From the sequence record MZ443769.1: a DNA stretch of 64,000 nucleotides. One strand, given 5' to 3'. The translations under genes and the position numbers were made by a program. The notes under the pieces are model-generated. The model did not search any database. It had not been told where the DNA came from and worked only from the letters and a program-made list of their open reading frames with translations. Of the stretch, positions 1-9,622 are shown one piece after another. The stretch's first letter is position 1; each line of letters starts with the position of its first letter.

Positions 1-63
1 ATCATCGTATGCCCTGAACTCGAAGAGACTGCACAGCCTTTCCGATTCAGAGGCCAATGTCCG

Positions 64-564
64 ATGGTCACTTGTCAGTATTGCACAAGAGAGACTATGA
101 CAGGCTGCATGGCTCTTGACCGAAAAGAATCCGCTGATCGTTCTATCTCTAACAGGGAGATTGCTTATTACAAGCGTGGCCTCTTTCCTGAACTTAAAGA
201 AATGGACCAAAAGCAATTGGACACGACAGTCCGTCGCGCACAAGCTCGTACCCGTACTGCTCTCTGTCTTAATATGTACATTGCTTCCATTGATGATTCT
301 GATTGCGACCGTACTTTCTCCTTTGTAGAAGGCCGCTCACGAATCGTTGATCAGGTTCATAACTATCTGGTTCAAACATTTACTGACTACCGACCGTGGA
401 TGCTCGCGTATCTCGATGATGAAGAACGCTTCAACACGTCAGTGGGCAAAGTAACCAATTCCGAATTCAATTTAGGTTACGCACTGCGCTTAACGCCTCG
501 TAAGTATCAGACGTTCTGCCAGTCGCTAAAAGACCTCAAACAATCTGGAGAAAGACATGAGTAA
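64..564 (+). CDS. hypothetical protein (166 aa)
   Basis: ORF track; stop overlaps next start; no recognisable motif. Confidence 0.6.
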   Translation: MVTCQYCTRETMTGCMALDRKESADRSISNREIAYYKRGLFPELKEMDQKQLDTTVRRAQARTRTALCLNMYIASIDDSDCDRTFSFVEGRSRIVDQVHNYLVQTFTDYRPWMLAYLDDEERFNTSVGKVTNSEFNLGYALRLTPRKYQTFCQSLKDLKQSGERHE

Positions 565-2323
565 CTTTATTTCGTTGGATCAGTATCGTGCTATCATCCA
601 ACGCAACATTCTCGTCGAGCCTGCAATGCTTGTCTCGAACCAAACGCAGCCGCTGGGTTCTATCACCTTCCAGTGTCCTGGCGACAATTTCCAAATGCGG
701 GATATCACAATCCCTGCTTCGCGTAACGCAGTCGACCTGACTCAATATGCGCCTCTGGAAAATTTACTTGCGTGTTCTCAACTGAAATCTCTAATTCAGT
801 TGCAGCGCATCGCGTTGTTGAATCCGGAAGACATGCCAACTCCTGGTGAAGGTATTCAGAAGCCTACGCTTTCTGTTGAACCTGTTGCTGGCGCTATGTC
901 AGTTGATGGACAGACTATCCCGAATGCAACGATCATCGTTGAGCAGAACGGAAATGTTTGGACTGGTACTTCGAACGGTGCTGGTGTATTCACTGTTGAC
1001 GTTAGCGGACTCGAAGAAGGTTCGTTCTCAATCACAGTGACCGCAGAAGGCTTCACGCCAGCTCGCTTCACCTACGAAGCAGGTGAACAGCCTCTTCAAC
1101 CGTACCCAGTTCCTACTGCGACTGCTGTGTTTAAAGAAACCACAGTCAACGGTACGACTGTTCCTCTTGCGAACATTGTCGTTGCGTTCGACACTAAATC
1201 GTTTACCGGTCAAGCAGATGATCAAGGCGTGTTCGCTATTGATGTTGACCCAATTCCGTTTGATGCAATCAGCCTGCACTTCGAAGCTGAGGGCTATCTG
1301 GAATACAACACAACGATCAACGCTGCAAGCATTCCTGGTATCGCGTCTGTTACTGCGCTGAACTTCCTGACAACTAGCGTTGCAGGTACTGCGAGTCCGA
1401 ACGCAGAAGTTGAGATCTTGATTGATGGCCAGCCGAACGTGTTTGCTACTGCAAGCCCGACTGGTACATGGTCAGCAACTGTGTTGCCTGTTAAAGGCAC
1501 TGTGCTTGCGCGTAGTCTTGAAGTTGATGGCTATGATGAAGCAACGGCCACTGCCGTACCTTCTAAATTGAACTTCGGTGACGTTGTTGTTGATGACGCT
1601 GATCAATTCGGTGAGAACCGTACAACTGTGACCGGTACAATCGCAGGCTTGAGCCCTGATGCTACCGACATTGCTGTGACAGTTACTGTTCAGGCAGGTG
1701 TTTACGAAGGGACTGTTGACCTTGCTGCTGGCACGTTCAACATTACAGGCGTTGATGCTAAAGCGGGTGTTGGTTCTACTGGCGTTGTCGATGTTACTTC
1801 CGCATTCTACGAAGATGGCTCTGCTGCGTTCACGATTCTGGAAGAGTTCGCTGCGCCTACGCTGCAACAAGCTGTTGATGGTCAGACTGCTGTTGTCGGC
1901 GACACTGCTGCTTCAACCACAGTTAAAGTCACAATGAACGGCGAAACTAAAACTGCATCTTCTAATCCGCAAGGTGCGTTCTCTGTTGATGGCTTCACTA
2001 ACGTTGCTCCAGGTGAAATCACAATCGAGTTGTCTCGCGCTCAGTACCTGACTGCGACGTTCAAACCTGTGCTGGCTGTTCAAGCGTTTGCTGAACTCGA
2101 TGCAGACCTGAAAGAAGCTGACACAACTGTTGCAGGTCACGCAACTCCTGGCTCTACTGTTTCTGTTGTACAAGACGCAATCACTGGCGATGCAGTTGCT
2201 CAGCCAGACGGTTCGTTCTCTATCACGCTGTCTGGTCCACTGGTTGCTGGTCAAGCACAATTATCTGTGCAGCACGCCAACTATGTAACGTATTCGTCTG
2301 CGCTTCCTGTAGACGCTGCTTAA
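557..2323 (+). CDS. Ig-like repeat virion protein (putative fibre/decoration protein)
   Basis: Repeated ~80-aa T/V/A/G-rich units (V.G...P.A.V.V....G...A...G.F.V) typical of bacterial Ig-like domains; N-terminal ~90 aa shared with 2380-3039. Confidence 0.75.
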   Translation: MSNFISLDQYRAIIQRNILVEPAMLVSNQTQPLGSITFQCPGDNFQMRDITIPASRNAVDLTQYAPLENLLACSQLKSLIQLQRIALLNPEDMPTPGEGIQKPTLSVEPVAGAMSVDGQTIPNATIIVEQNGNVWTGTSNGAGVFTVDVSGLEEGSFSITVTAEGFTPARFTYEAGEQPLQPYPVPTATAVFKETTVNGTTVPLANIVVAFDTKSFTGQADDQGVFAIDVDPIPFDAISLHFEAEGYLEYNTTINAASIPGIASVTALNFLTTSVAGTASPNAEVEILIDGQPNVFATASPTGTWSATVLPVKGTVLARSLEVDGYDEATATAVPSKLNFGDVVVDDADQFGENRTTVTGTIAGLSPDATDIAVTVTVQAGVYEGTVDLAAGTFNITGVDAKAGVGSTGVVDVTSAFYEDGSAAFTILEEFAAPTLQQAVDGQTAVVGDTAASTTVKVTMNGETKTASSNPQGAFSVDGFTNVAPGEITIELSRAQYLTATFKPVLAVQAFAELDADLKEADTTVAGHATPGSTVSVVQDAITGDAVAQPDGSFSITLSGPLVAGQAQLSVQHANYVTYSSALPVDAA

Positions 2324-2336
2324 TCCTATTTACTCG

Positions 2337-2352
2337 AGGGGCTTCGGCCCCT
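2337..2352 (+). terminator. GC hairpin with UUCG loop
   Basis: AGGGGC-TTCG-GCCCCT just after the stop; weak U tract. Confidence 0.55.
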
Positions 2353-2379
2353 TAACAAAACAATTCACGGAGACATACA

Positions 2380-3039
2380 ATGTCAAACACTAAAACTAGC
2401 CACGTTAAGCCGATTACTCTGAACACGTACAACGACCGCTACGGTGACAACTCTGTTGCTCCGATGTATGTTGTTAACCGTACCGAACCTCGTGGCAACG
2501 TTGCATTCACTGCGCAAAACGACATGGGTCAGCCTGTTGCTGTCGTTGTTCCAGCCACTTTCATCCCGATCGATCTGACTACTCAGGCAACTAAAGAAAG
2601 CCTGCTGAAATCTACTCACTTCCGTCGTGCGTTGAACATGGGTCAGTTGGTTATCATCGAAACTGACAGCGCCGAGTCGTATCTGCAAAACAACAAACTC
2701 GCTCAGTCCGAACTGCGCAAGCTGAACAAAATGGGTCATCAGCTGGACGTTGACCTGTCTCGCGGCGATAACGAAGAACTGGAAGATATCGATCTGGGTG
2801 CGGGTTCTAAGAAACGCGCAATCGTATTCGAAGGCGATAACGTCAGCTCCAACAACTTCGTCAATGCGTTTATCCAACGCGCCGCTGAAAACAGCGAAGA
2901 GTCTGACGACAACTTAGAGCGCGAATTCCTGACTAAAGGTCTGGAACTGCCTCGCTCTGAACTCGAACTGCTGCGCAAGTACATCACGCGCCCAGCTATC
3001 GTTGAACTGATCGTACAAGCACTCGACGACGCACAGTAA
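2380..3039 (+). CDS. hypothetical protein, paralogous N-domain with 557-2323
   Basis: SD (GGAG) before ATG; strong codon bias; gapless N-terminal similarity to the Ig protein. Confidence 0.8.
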   Translation: MSNTKTSHVKPITLNTYNDRYGDNSVAPMYVVNRTEPRGNVAFTAQNDMGQPVAVVVPATFIPIDLTTQATKESLLKSTHFRRALNMGQLVIIETDSAESYLQNNKLAQSELRKLNKMGHQLDVDLSRGDNEELEDIDLGAGSKKRAIVFEGDNVSSNNFVNAFIQRAAENSEESDDNLEREFLTKGLELPRSELELLRKYITRPAIVELIVQALDDAQ

Positions 3040-3055
3040 TTCTCGGCGTTTAGAC

Positions 3056-3094
3056 AAAAAAAATGGGAGGCCCCGAAAGGAGTCTCCCATTTTA
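3056..3094. terminator. bidirectional rho-independent terminator
   Basis: A8-TGGGAG...CTCCCA-T5 between convergent genes. Confidence 0.85.
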
Positions 3095-4186
3095 CTATGC
3101 CGCTGCTTTTTGTCTACTTGACTTCTTTACTACAGGCGGTGGCAACTGACATTGCCTACTCCAGCCTAACTTCTTAGCAGGTATAAGTGCTTTCTTACCA
3201 TGCTTATCTTTCAACGTCAATCGAACTTCACGAATGATTTCTTTTGGTGCGTTGTCAGGGTCCATCTTAATCACGTTACCTTCTTTGTCTTTATCACGCG
3301 GAAGTTTGAAGTGACGTACGGGAACAGGTGAGCCAGAATTTTCAAACTCATACTTGATCTTGTCACGCAACAACTTACCACCACCGTCGTTATCAGTCAT
3401 CGTATAAACAACACTGATACCGAGCATCTCAATCGTTCTGCGTTTAGTCACACCAAACTGCTCTGCACCTAACACAGCGATTGCTGGAATGCCTTGTGAT
3501 AATAAAGCAAGCGCATCACGAGGACCTTCAACAAGAACAACGTAACGAAGCCCATATTCTTTGATGCAGTCTTTCACTAGCTGCAACGGGAACAGACCTT
3601 TCTCTTTCGCCCAATCACCTTGCGAGTTCACATAGCTTGTGCCGTTCATTTGCTTACGCAGATACGCAGCGACACCACCTATGTATTTCGTTCCATGCTT
3701 ACACGGGAAGAAACAAACGTTACTACCTGTTCGCTGTGCATTCAATAAACCACCAGCAGCACGAACAAGCGATCCCGGATATGTACGCCACTCAACATCG
3801 AGAGGCCATTCCATATAACTGTTTCTGCCTAACGCTTTCATCAATGAAGCGACAGAAGCATAGGTACCAATCTTCGAACCGAGCTTCTCGTATGTTTTAA
3901 GCAATGCACTGAGACTGTTCGACCCAGCATCTTTCAATGCCCAGCCTTTTATCTCTTGAAGCCCACACTGCTTCGCTAAATCATTCCACCCGCCTTTTGC
4001 ACCACAACCGAAGCAGTGAAAGAAGCCTAATGGAATCTCCATCCCTACAGAAGTGTAAATACCACAACTAGGGGACTTATCGCTGTGGAACGGACAGCAT
4101 ACCATAACAGTATCTCCCGCAAACTTTCTGTCTCCGGGAATCTTTGCTATCTCGTCCATTATTACCTGATGAACGTCATCTGCCAT
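3095..4186 (-). CDS. DNA primase (CHC2 zinc finger + TOPRIM)
   Basis: CPFHSDKSPSC...HCFGC zinc-binding motif; TOPRIM LVEGPRDALAL and TDND motifs. Confidence 0.9.
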   Translation of the reverse strand: MADDVHQVIMDEIAKIPGDRKFAGDTVMVCCPFHSDKSPSCGIYTSVGMEIPLGFFHCFGCGAKGGWNDLAKQCGLQEIKGWALKDAGSNSLSALLKTYEKLGSKIGTYASVASLMKALGRNSYMEWPLDVEWRTYPGSLVRAAGGLLNAQRTGSNVCFFPCKHGTKYIGGVAAYLRKQMNGTSYVNSQGDWAKEKGLFPLQLVKDCIKEYGLRYVVLVEGPRDALALLSQGIPAIAVLGAEQFGVTKRRTIEMLGISVVYTMTDNDGGGKLLRDKIKYEFENSGSPVPVRHFKLPRDKDKEGNVIKMDPDNAPKEIIREVRLTLKDKHGKKALIPAKKLGWSRQCQLPPPVVKKSSRQKAAA

Positions 4187-4229
4187 ACCTTACCTGCCTT
4201 CTTTCGTAATTTCATAGCATATAAGCGTA

Positions 4230-4236
4230 TTTACAG
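4230..4236 (-). promoter_or_regulatory. CTGTAAA motif upstream of primase
   Basis: TTTACAG on + strand, ~44 nt upstream of the only minus-strand gene. Confidence 0.6.
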
Positions 4237-4253
4237 ATAAAGGAAAAAAGACA

Positions 4254-4595
4254 ATGGTTAATGCGCATCGTTACGTGCATACAGCGGTACGTCGCTTCTA
4301 TGCACCACATTGGATTCAATTTTGTGATCAGATTAAAGTAAGCCCGCAGACGCATGGTGCATTCGACAAGCAAGACAACATGCTTGGTCTGCAACTGCCC
4401 CGTAACTTGTTTGACCAACGTATCGATCAGATGGTGCGTCCGCTCAAGTTGGTTTATTCTGTTAAGGAAAATGAAGTAGAGTCTCGCTGCTATCTGTTCG
4501 GCGTTCGCTATTACGTTTTTGTTTTCTTCGAAGAAGTTATCGCTGTCAGTGAGGACACATATGAGAACGTTCGCAGCCGTACCCAGCAGGGCTAA
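4254..4595 (+). CDS. hypothetical protein (113 aa)
   Basis: AAGGA SD upstream; 3' end overlaps next gene. Confidence 0.55.
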   Translation: MVNAHRYVHTAVRRFYAPHWIQFCDQIKVSPQTHGAFDKQDNMLGLQLPRNLFDQRIDQMVRPLKLVYSVKENEVESRCYLFGVRYYVFVFFEEVIAVSEDTYENVRSRTQQG

Positions 4596-5646
4596 TGATA
4601 CTCGTGTGTTGTCACGTATCGGCAAGATGGTTGATGCAGCACTCGACGTAAAGATTCAAGAGAGACGCTGGCCAAAGAAGCGCGTTAGTCCTTCTATGTT
4701 TCCTATCTGTGCAATACAGGAATATGCAAAGCTCCTGTATCAGAAACACAACAACGCTGTTACTGGCGAGTCAGGTACGCTGCTGAATATCTTTGCGAAA
4801 GCAGGTACGGGGATGCACGAAGCTGTACAGAATGCTCTCGGCAATAGCGGTCAGATGGTCGGTCACTGGAAGTGTAGAAACGAGAAGTGTCCAGAACACG
4901 CGAAGACCAAAGGTAAAATGGTTGATGGTAAGTATAAGAAGGGCAAGTATACGCGCACTCGTAGCACGAATAATATTTGTCCCTGTTGCCAACAACCGAT
5001 GGCTTATGCAGAACTCAAAGTCCTGTACAAGTCGCTCAAAGGTTATGTCGATGGCCTTATTGATAATCTCGACGGCACGTATAGCCTGATAGATTTGAAA
5101 TCAACGACGATCAAGAAAGCTGGTGACGGTACCTTCTTCGTGAAGTATCACCGTTTCCAGATCGCAACGTATGCTTACCTGCTGAAAAAGCGCTACGGAT
5201 ATAACATCGTCGATTACACATTGATTTATGTACCCCGCGATAATCCGAAGAACTTTGTTGAGAAGACTTTCCTTTTCGATGAAGCTGAATCAAAGCGCAC
5301 AAAAGATTTTATGATGGAGCAAATTAACGCATGGGACGCGGCTGTTACTTCTGCTGCTAAGTCAGATCCCCTTGCAGCGATGAAGCGCAAGCCTTGCAAA
5401 AGTCCCGAGTATTACTGGGACGAGTTCCACGGTTACGATGTATGCCCCTTTGTTGATTACTGTTTCATACAGTCACACCTGATCGAGTTCCTCGCAAAAC
5501 TGGAACAACGAATCATGGCTAACCCCGATCTGTCTTATACGGAGATTATCAAGACAAGTCGGAAAACTCAACAACAAGGATTGATGCAGGACAAAGCGAA
5601 GAAGTCGCAACGTCCCGCAGTGATCGTAAAACAATTTGAACTATGA
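4561..5646 (+). CDS. Cas4-like PD-(D/E)XK exonuclease
   Basis: Start set at ATG 4561 (GAGGA SD); PSMFPIC, HEAVQ, YVDGLID..IDLKST, QIATYA motifs; C-terminal Cys cluster (PC...CPF..YC). Confidence 0.8.
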   Translation: MRTFAAVPSRANDTRVLSRIGKMVDAALDVKIQERRWPKKRVSPSMFPICAIQEYAKLLYQKHNNAVTGESGTLLNIFAKAGTGMHEAVQNALGNSGQMVGHWKCRNEKCPEHAKTKGKMVDGKYKKGKYTRTRSTNNICPCCQQPMAYAELKVLYKSLKGYVDGLIDNLDGTYSLIDLKSTTIKKAGDGTFFVKYHRFQIATYAYLLKKRYGYNIVDYTLIYVPRDNPKNFVEKTFLFDEAESKRTKDFMMEQINAWDAAVTSAAKSDPLAAMKRKPCKSPEYYWDEFHGYDVCPFVDYCFIQSHLIEFLAKLEQRIMANPDLSYTEIIKTSRKTQQQGLMQDKAKKSQRPAVIVKQFEL

Positions 5647-6053
5647 GCATACAAAAAGACTACGAACGATCAAAGCGTAGGCTTATGACTGCTGTTCATC
5701 GAATGGAAGAACTAGGATATGTGGTGCCACGATGCGTCGATGTTATTGTCGATAAAATCCTGCCACCACAGCAAGTAGTGTCACGAAAATATTTAGTGAT
5801 GCTCATGCTGTTCAGCCAGACGTGCGAGACACTAGGTTACACTCTGACTACGCGAGAGCAACTGGTTGTTAAGCTGACACTGTTAAGCCGCAAACACCCT
5901 ACACCAGAGATACAGCGACGTATTGAGAAGCTCGATGCTCTGGTTATATCGCATGACAGGAATATCGAAAGCCAGAGATTGTTGCTTGACTATCGCAGTG
6001 CAATCCTGATTGAAATTCTTGAAGGGCGAGAACCAAATTCACGATATACCTGA
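5643..6053 (+). CDS. hypothetical protein (136 aa)
   Basis: ORF track; ATGA overlap with upstream stop. Confidence 0.65.
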   Translation: MSIQKDYERSKRRLMTAVHRMEELGYVVPRCVDVIVDKILPPQQVVSRKYLVMLMLFSQTCETLGYTLTTREQLVVKLTLLSRKHPTPEIQRRIEKLDALVISHDRNIESQRLLLDYRSAILIEILEGREPNSRYT

Positions 6054-6061
6054 GGTGCAAC

Positions 6062-6568
6062 ATGATTGTATTTATTAGTCTGAGTCAAACGACTTCTGAC
6101 AAGAATCGAGACAAACCGACTAGCCCTGAATCAAACACGGGCCGTGTCGATATCTCCGAGTACGCTAGTCTGGAGAAGAAAATCCGTCTGACTGATGAAG
6201 CTAAGGACAAAGAGAAGTTAGCTCAACAGGCTGGTGGCGGGGATTCTGTAAAGGGTAAGAAAGACGCTAAAAAAGGCGATACTTCTAAACCCAAAGAAGA
6301 TGACGCAGACGCGGATGCTGGTGACGACGATGAAGGCGGGGATGACCCGGACTTTGGCTTCGGAGGTGGTGACGATGATGCAGATGATTCTTCCGATGAT
6401 AGTGGAGACGACTCCGATGGAGCAGACGATTCTACCAAAGGCAAGAAAGGAAAGAAAGCCGGAAAATCCAAAGCTGACGAAGCTGACGATGCAGAACCCG
6501 CAAGTGACGACGGGGATGACGATGCTGAAAGCTCTGATGATGAGGAGCTCGATGACGGAGACGTGTGA
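6062..6568 (+). CDS. acidic low-complexity protein
   Basis: GAGGTG SD; D/G/K-rich; begins MIVFISLS. Confidence 0.75.
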   Translation: MIVFISLSQTTSDKNRDKPTSPESNTGRVDISEYASLEKKIRLTDEAKDKEKLAQQAGGGDSVKGKKDAKKGDTSKPKEDDADADAGDDDEGGDDPDFGFGGGDDDADDSSDDSGDDSDGADDSTKGKKGKKAGKSKADEADDAEPASDDGDDDAESSDDEELDDGDV

Positions 6569-7082
6569 CGTTGAAAAGTCATACGAGTCCATGCGTGATA
6601 TCTTGATCGCACTTCGTTATATGTGCACCAAGCGCATGGCATTTCCAATCGTTACTGCAAATATCGAGCAGAACAACGAGTATCTGGTTATGACACGGAT
6701 GGGCTTCCAAGTGAAGCCGTCCAACTTCTTTTCTGCTGTGACTGATAACAATGGTCGTGTGAACTGTGAATGGTTGTTGAAAGCATTCACGCGCATTGCT
6801 ATCTACTTTGATCTGAAACCGATCATCGTTGAAAAGAACAATCAGTATCAACCGCTGTCTACACGGTATTTCTCCAGAGAGGCTTCTGAGTTTGCGTACA
6901 GCCGACATTACGATGTACGTGCTATGCCGCAAGTTGATTCAATCAGAAAACCTCGTGTGTATACGCTTCAAGGAGTTAACTATAATGGCGTACAAGTCGC
7001 TGGCCAAGAAACCCAAGAAGAGCGCCGCTGCGAAGCAAGCCGAAACTCGGGAGAAAGCGCACAAGCAAGCGAAACGCGGTAA
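6552..7082 (+). CDS. hypothetical protein
   Basis: 3' part of ORF 6300-7082; ATG 6552 follows GAGGAG; overlaps next gene by 98 nt. Confidence 0.55.
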   Translation: MTETCDVEKSYESMRDILIALRYMCTKRMAFPIVTANIEQNNEYLVMTRMGFQVKPSNFFSAVTDNNGRVNCEWLLKAFTRIAIYFDLKPIIVEKNNQYQPLSTRYFSREASEFAYSRHYDVRAMPQVDSIRKPRVYTLQGVNYNGVQVAGQETQEERRCEASRNSGESAQASETR

Positions 7083-7641
7083 GCTGGGAAAAGCAGTGAA
7101 GACTTTATCTGCTGCTTCTGCTAAGTCTCGTCGTATGACCAAAGGCGAGAAACGTGCAATCATGGTTACGCCGTTCAAACCACAGATTGTGCCTCAGCCC
7201 CCAACAACTCCGCTGATGCTGAAAGGTCTGTCGCTCAACATGCTGATGAAGTCAACGCCTCGTCTCATGAAAGAGAACTCGACCGAGTGTTACGTTAGTC
7301 GCTACAAGATGGGCAAGACGAAGAAAGGTCTGCCTGTCGTTACTGCAAACGTAAAACACAAAGACCCGATGCGTCCGAACAAGACTGTTCGTATTCATAA
7401 GCCGATGATCATTGGTCTTGATGATCCGTTCAAACCGATTCACAAACAAAAGCGTGTGATGTGTAGCTGCCCGTGTGAGAACTATGTTTTCATGTGGGAG
7501 TATGCGAACACTGAACACGGTGCTGCGCGAATCATTTACGGCAACGGCGAACCACCGAACTTTACTAACCCAGGTTCTGCACCGGGATTGTGCAAACACT
7601 TAATGGCTTTGGCCACACTGGTCAAGCGTAACGGAGATTGA
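6985..7641 (+). CDS. basic protein with SWIM-like zinc finger
   Basis: AAGGAG SD before ATG 6985; CSCPC...CKH motif. Confidence 0.7.
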   Translation: MAYKSLAKKPKKSAAAKQAETREKAHKQAKRGKLGKAVKTLSAASAKSRRMTKGEKRAIMVTPFKPQIVPQPPTTPLMLKGLSLNMLMKSTPRLMKENSTECYVSRYKMGKTKKGLPVVTANVKHKDPMRPNKTVRIHKPMIIGLDDPFKPIHKQKRVMCSCPCENYVFMWEYANTEHGAARIIYGNGEPPNFTNPGSAPGLCKHLMALATLVKRNGD

Positions 7642-7644
7642 TAG

Positions 7645-7869
7645 ATGTTCTTCAAAAATCCTGTTGGCGGCATTGTGCCGAACTTCCCTGTTCAGTTATC
7701 AATTGTTCAGATGCACCGCGAAGTCGCAGAACTGCATGGCGAGCTGAAAGCTGCTGGTTGTGAGATCGTTCAGCACTGCGGTGACATTGAAATCAAAGTT
7801 CCTGCCGGCATTGATATCCAGCCTATTATGGATAAACACATGCACATGTTTAATAAAGGTGCTCAATGA
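7645..7869 (+). CDS. hypothetical protein (74 aa)
   Basis: ORF track; tight packing with neighbours. Confidence 0.55.
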   Translation: MFFKNPVGGIVPNFPVQLSIVQMHREVAELHGELKAAGCEIVQHCGDIEIKVPAGIDIQPIMDKHMHMFNKGAQ

Positions 7870-8201
7870 AAAATTTGAAAATCTTTCTTGGCGGTCATCC
7901 TCTCGATTGTACGCAGGCTGCACTTCAACCTGTGTCTGTCAAGAGCGAGTTCGATACTAATGAAGGTATCATGTCAATGTTTAAACGTTGGCAAGAACTC
8001 GTTGCAGAACCGACACCAACGCCTCCGCCGATGTGTGCTCCTGTTCCTGAGTACATGCGTCAAGTGTTTCGTGATCAGGGTTTCTCTGAGGAACGCATTG
8101 ATCGCATCGTTATCACAGGCTTCGAACCTGAATTGAATCTGAATTGTCTCGAAGACAAGACAGTGCAAACAGTTCAGATTACGTGGGCTGATGGCTTGTA
8201 G
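7866..8201 (+). CDS. hypothetical protein (111 aa)
   Basis: ATGA overlap with upstream stop. Confidence 0.6.
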   Translation: MKNLKIFLGGHPLDCTQAALQPVSVKSEFDTNEGIMSMFKRWQELVAEPTPTPPPMCAPVPEYMRQVFRDQGFSEERIDRIVITGFEPELNLNCLEDKTVQTVQITWADGL

Positions 8202-8409
8202 TGGTTGTGGTCGTCGTAGCACACGCATTAGTTACGGCAGACAGTCAGTTCCTCAAGAGCTAGTTCCTATTGAGGACGATACGTTAAGCGCCGCGCGTTT
8301 GACACCTCATGGTTGGGTACGAACCTGCATCAAGTGCGGTAAAGTATCTGACCCTTCTCCCTTTGCAGAACATATCAACCAGACTTGTGACTGCAAAGCT
8401 GACGAGTAA
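8191..8409 (+). CDS. small Cys-rich (zinc-binding) protein
   Basis: CSGC, CIKC and CDC motifs. Confidence 0.6.
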   Translation: MACSGCGRRSTRISYGRQSVPQELVPIEDDTLSAARLTPHGWVRTCIKCGKVSDPSPFAEHINQTCDCKADE

Positions 8410-8414
8410 CTAAA

Positions 8415-9098
8415 ATGGAACAACTTGCTTCTTATGCTTCTGATCTGGACAACATTCGTTTCTATGCTCAGAACATGTTGAACGTCCAATTCGGTTCTCC
8501 TTTGCAACTGTGTCCGTATACGCATCGCGTGTATATCAGGCACGGGAGTCTTCAACGACTGATTGCAACTATCGAGCGTGATTTTGATAACGCAATCAGT
8601 CGTGGTGATCTTGCTTTCCCGTCTGAACCTCTTATCTATAAGTTCCGCGCTGCGCTTGATCGCTACAGAACCTCGTACTTTTACACGCAATTACAACCAT
8701 GTTTGCCTAGCTTGGGTTACGATCTGAAAGTACCTGAGCGTGGTAATAAATCTGCGCGTGAGTTTGCTTGTTTCTTCTTGGACTACGCGGCCGAGCAGGT
8801 ACGGAGTTTCATTTATCTTCTTTCTATCGAGTGCTACGCAAAGCAGACGAACGATAGTGTCTTACCTCTATGTCCGCAGCGCTTCGAAGTTCCTCCTGTG
8901 TTTGATTGTCTGCAAATGCAAGATGCTCACGCTAACGTTGCGCGTTCCATGCTGGAAGCTCTGTTGCTGTCTTATCGCGATGGGGAAAACTCCCATAATC
9001 CTATTCTACGTGAATACGGCAGAGATGTTATTCTGCCTCTCGTAGCAGAAGCCCGCAATGTTATTTATGCGGCATACCCAGAAGTTAGAGGCGAATAA
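8415..9098 (+). CDS. hypothetical protein (227 aa)
   Basis: ORF track. Confidence 0.7.
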   Translation: MEQLASYASDLDNIRFYAQNMLNVQFGSPLQLCPYTHRVYIRHGSLQRLIATIERDFDNAISRGDLAFPSEPLIYKFRAALDRYRTSYFYTQLQPCLPSLGYDLKVPERGNKSAREFACFFLDYAAEQVRSFIYLLSIECYAKQTNDSVLPLCPQRFEVPPVFDCLQMQDAHANVARSMLEALLLSYRDGENSHNPILREYGRDVILPLVAEARNVIYAAYPEVRGE

Positions 9099-9622
9099 TG
9101 TCAGACGTAATCGCGTTCGTAGATCAACAAAGCTGGGAAGATATTGGCACTGCTATGTACGAGGAGTACAAACTCAGCGTTACAACCACAGCAAGCCAAG
9201 CGATGCACATTCCTGTAGTCGCACCTAATGGTGATGTTAAACACGCGCTGACCTATAAAGACACGAACATTTGGTCTGAGAAGGTTGTTCTTGACCTGTT
9301 GATCGAAGAGGCAGAAGTACCTAACGGTGTTGAGCCTTACTACGATGCGACTGGTCTTGAAGTTGCTGTGCGTCAGGTAGTAGCTCACTATCAGGCTGTT
9401 GCGAAAGATCTTGATTGTCATACTGTTGGTCGTTATCTGACAGAAGACAACAAGGTTCAAGGTGCGCTTGTGCGTGTATTCCGCAATGCAGATTTCGAGT
9501 GTAAAGGCCACCCAGAAATGTTGTTCGGATCTCCAATCGGAATGTTCCACTGCGACAAATGCGGAGAGATGCAAGTCGCGGGTTCATTCCATCTGGCTAA
9601 AGAGGAAACAGCTAATGGTTAA
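9098..9622 (+). CDS. hypothetical protein with C-terminal HCxxC zinc ribbon
   Basis: TAATG overlap; PIGMFHCDKCGEMQVAG. Confidence 0.7.
   Translation: MSDVIAFVDQQSWEDIGTAMYEEYKLSVTTTASQAMHIPVVAPNGDVKHALTYKDTNIWSEKVVLDLLIEEAEVPNGVEPYYDATGLEVAVRQVVAHYQAVAKDLDCHTVGRYLTEDNKVQGALVRVFRNADFECKGHPEMLFGSPIGMFHCDKCGEMQVAGSFHLAKEETANG

Noticed and set aside
4212-4625. Minus-strand 137-aa ORF opposite 4254-4595
   Set aside because: No SD, and it would cover the primase promoter motif; the plus-strand ORF has an SD and fits the operon
4561-5646. CRISPR-Cas locus
   Set aside because: Only a solo Cas4-like gene; no repeat-spacer array or other cas genes seen in the window
6300-6551. N-terminal extension of ORF 6300-7082
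   Set aside because: M/T-rich frame shadow of the Asp codons of 6062-6568; the real start is likely ATG 6552 after GAGGAG
6985-7082. Frameshift joining 6552-7082 to 6985-7641
   Set aside because: The downstream gene has its own strong SD (AAGGAG) and ATG, and no slippery site was seen; treated as a 98-nt overlap
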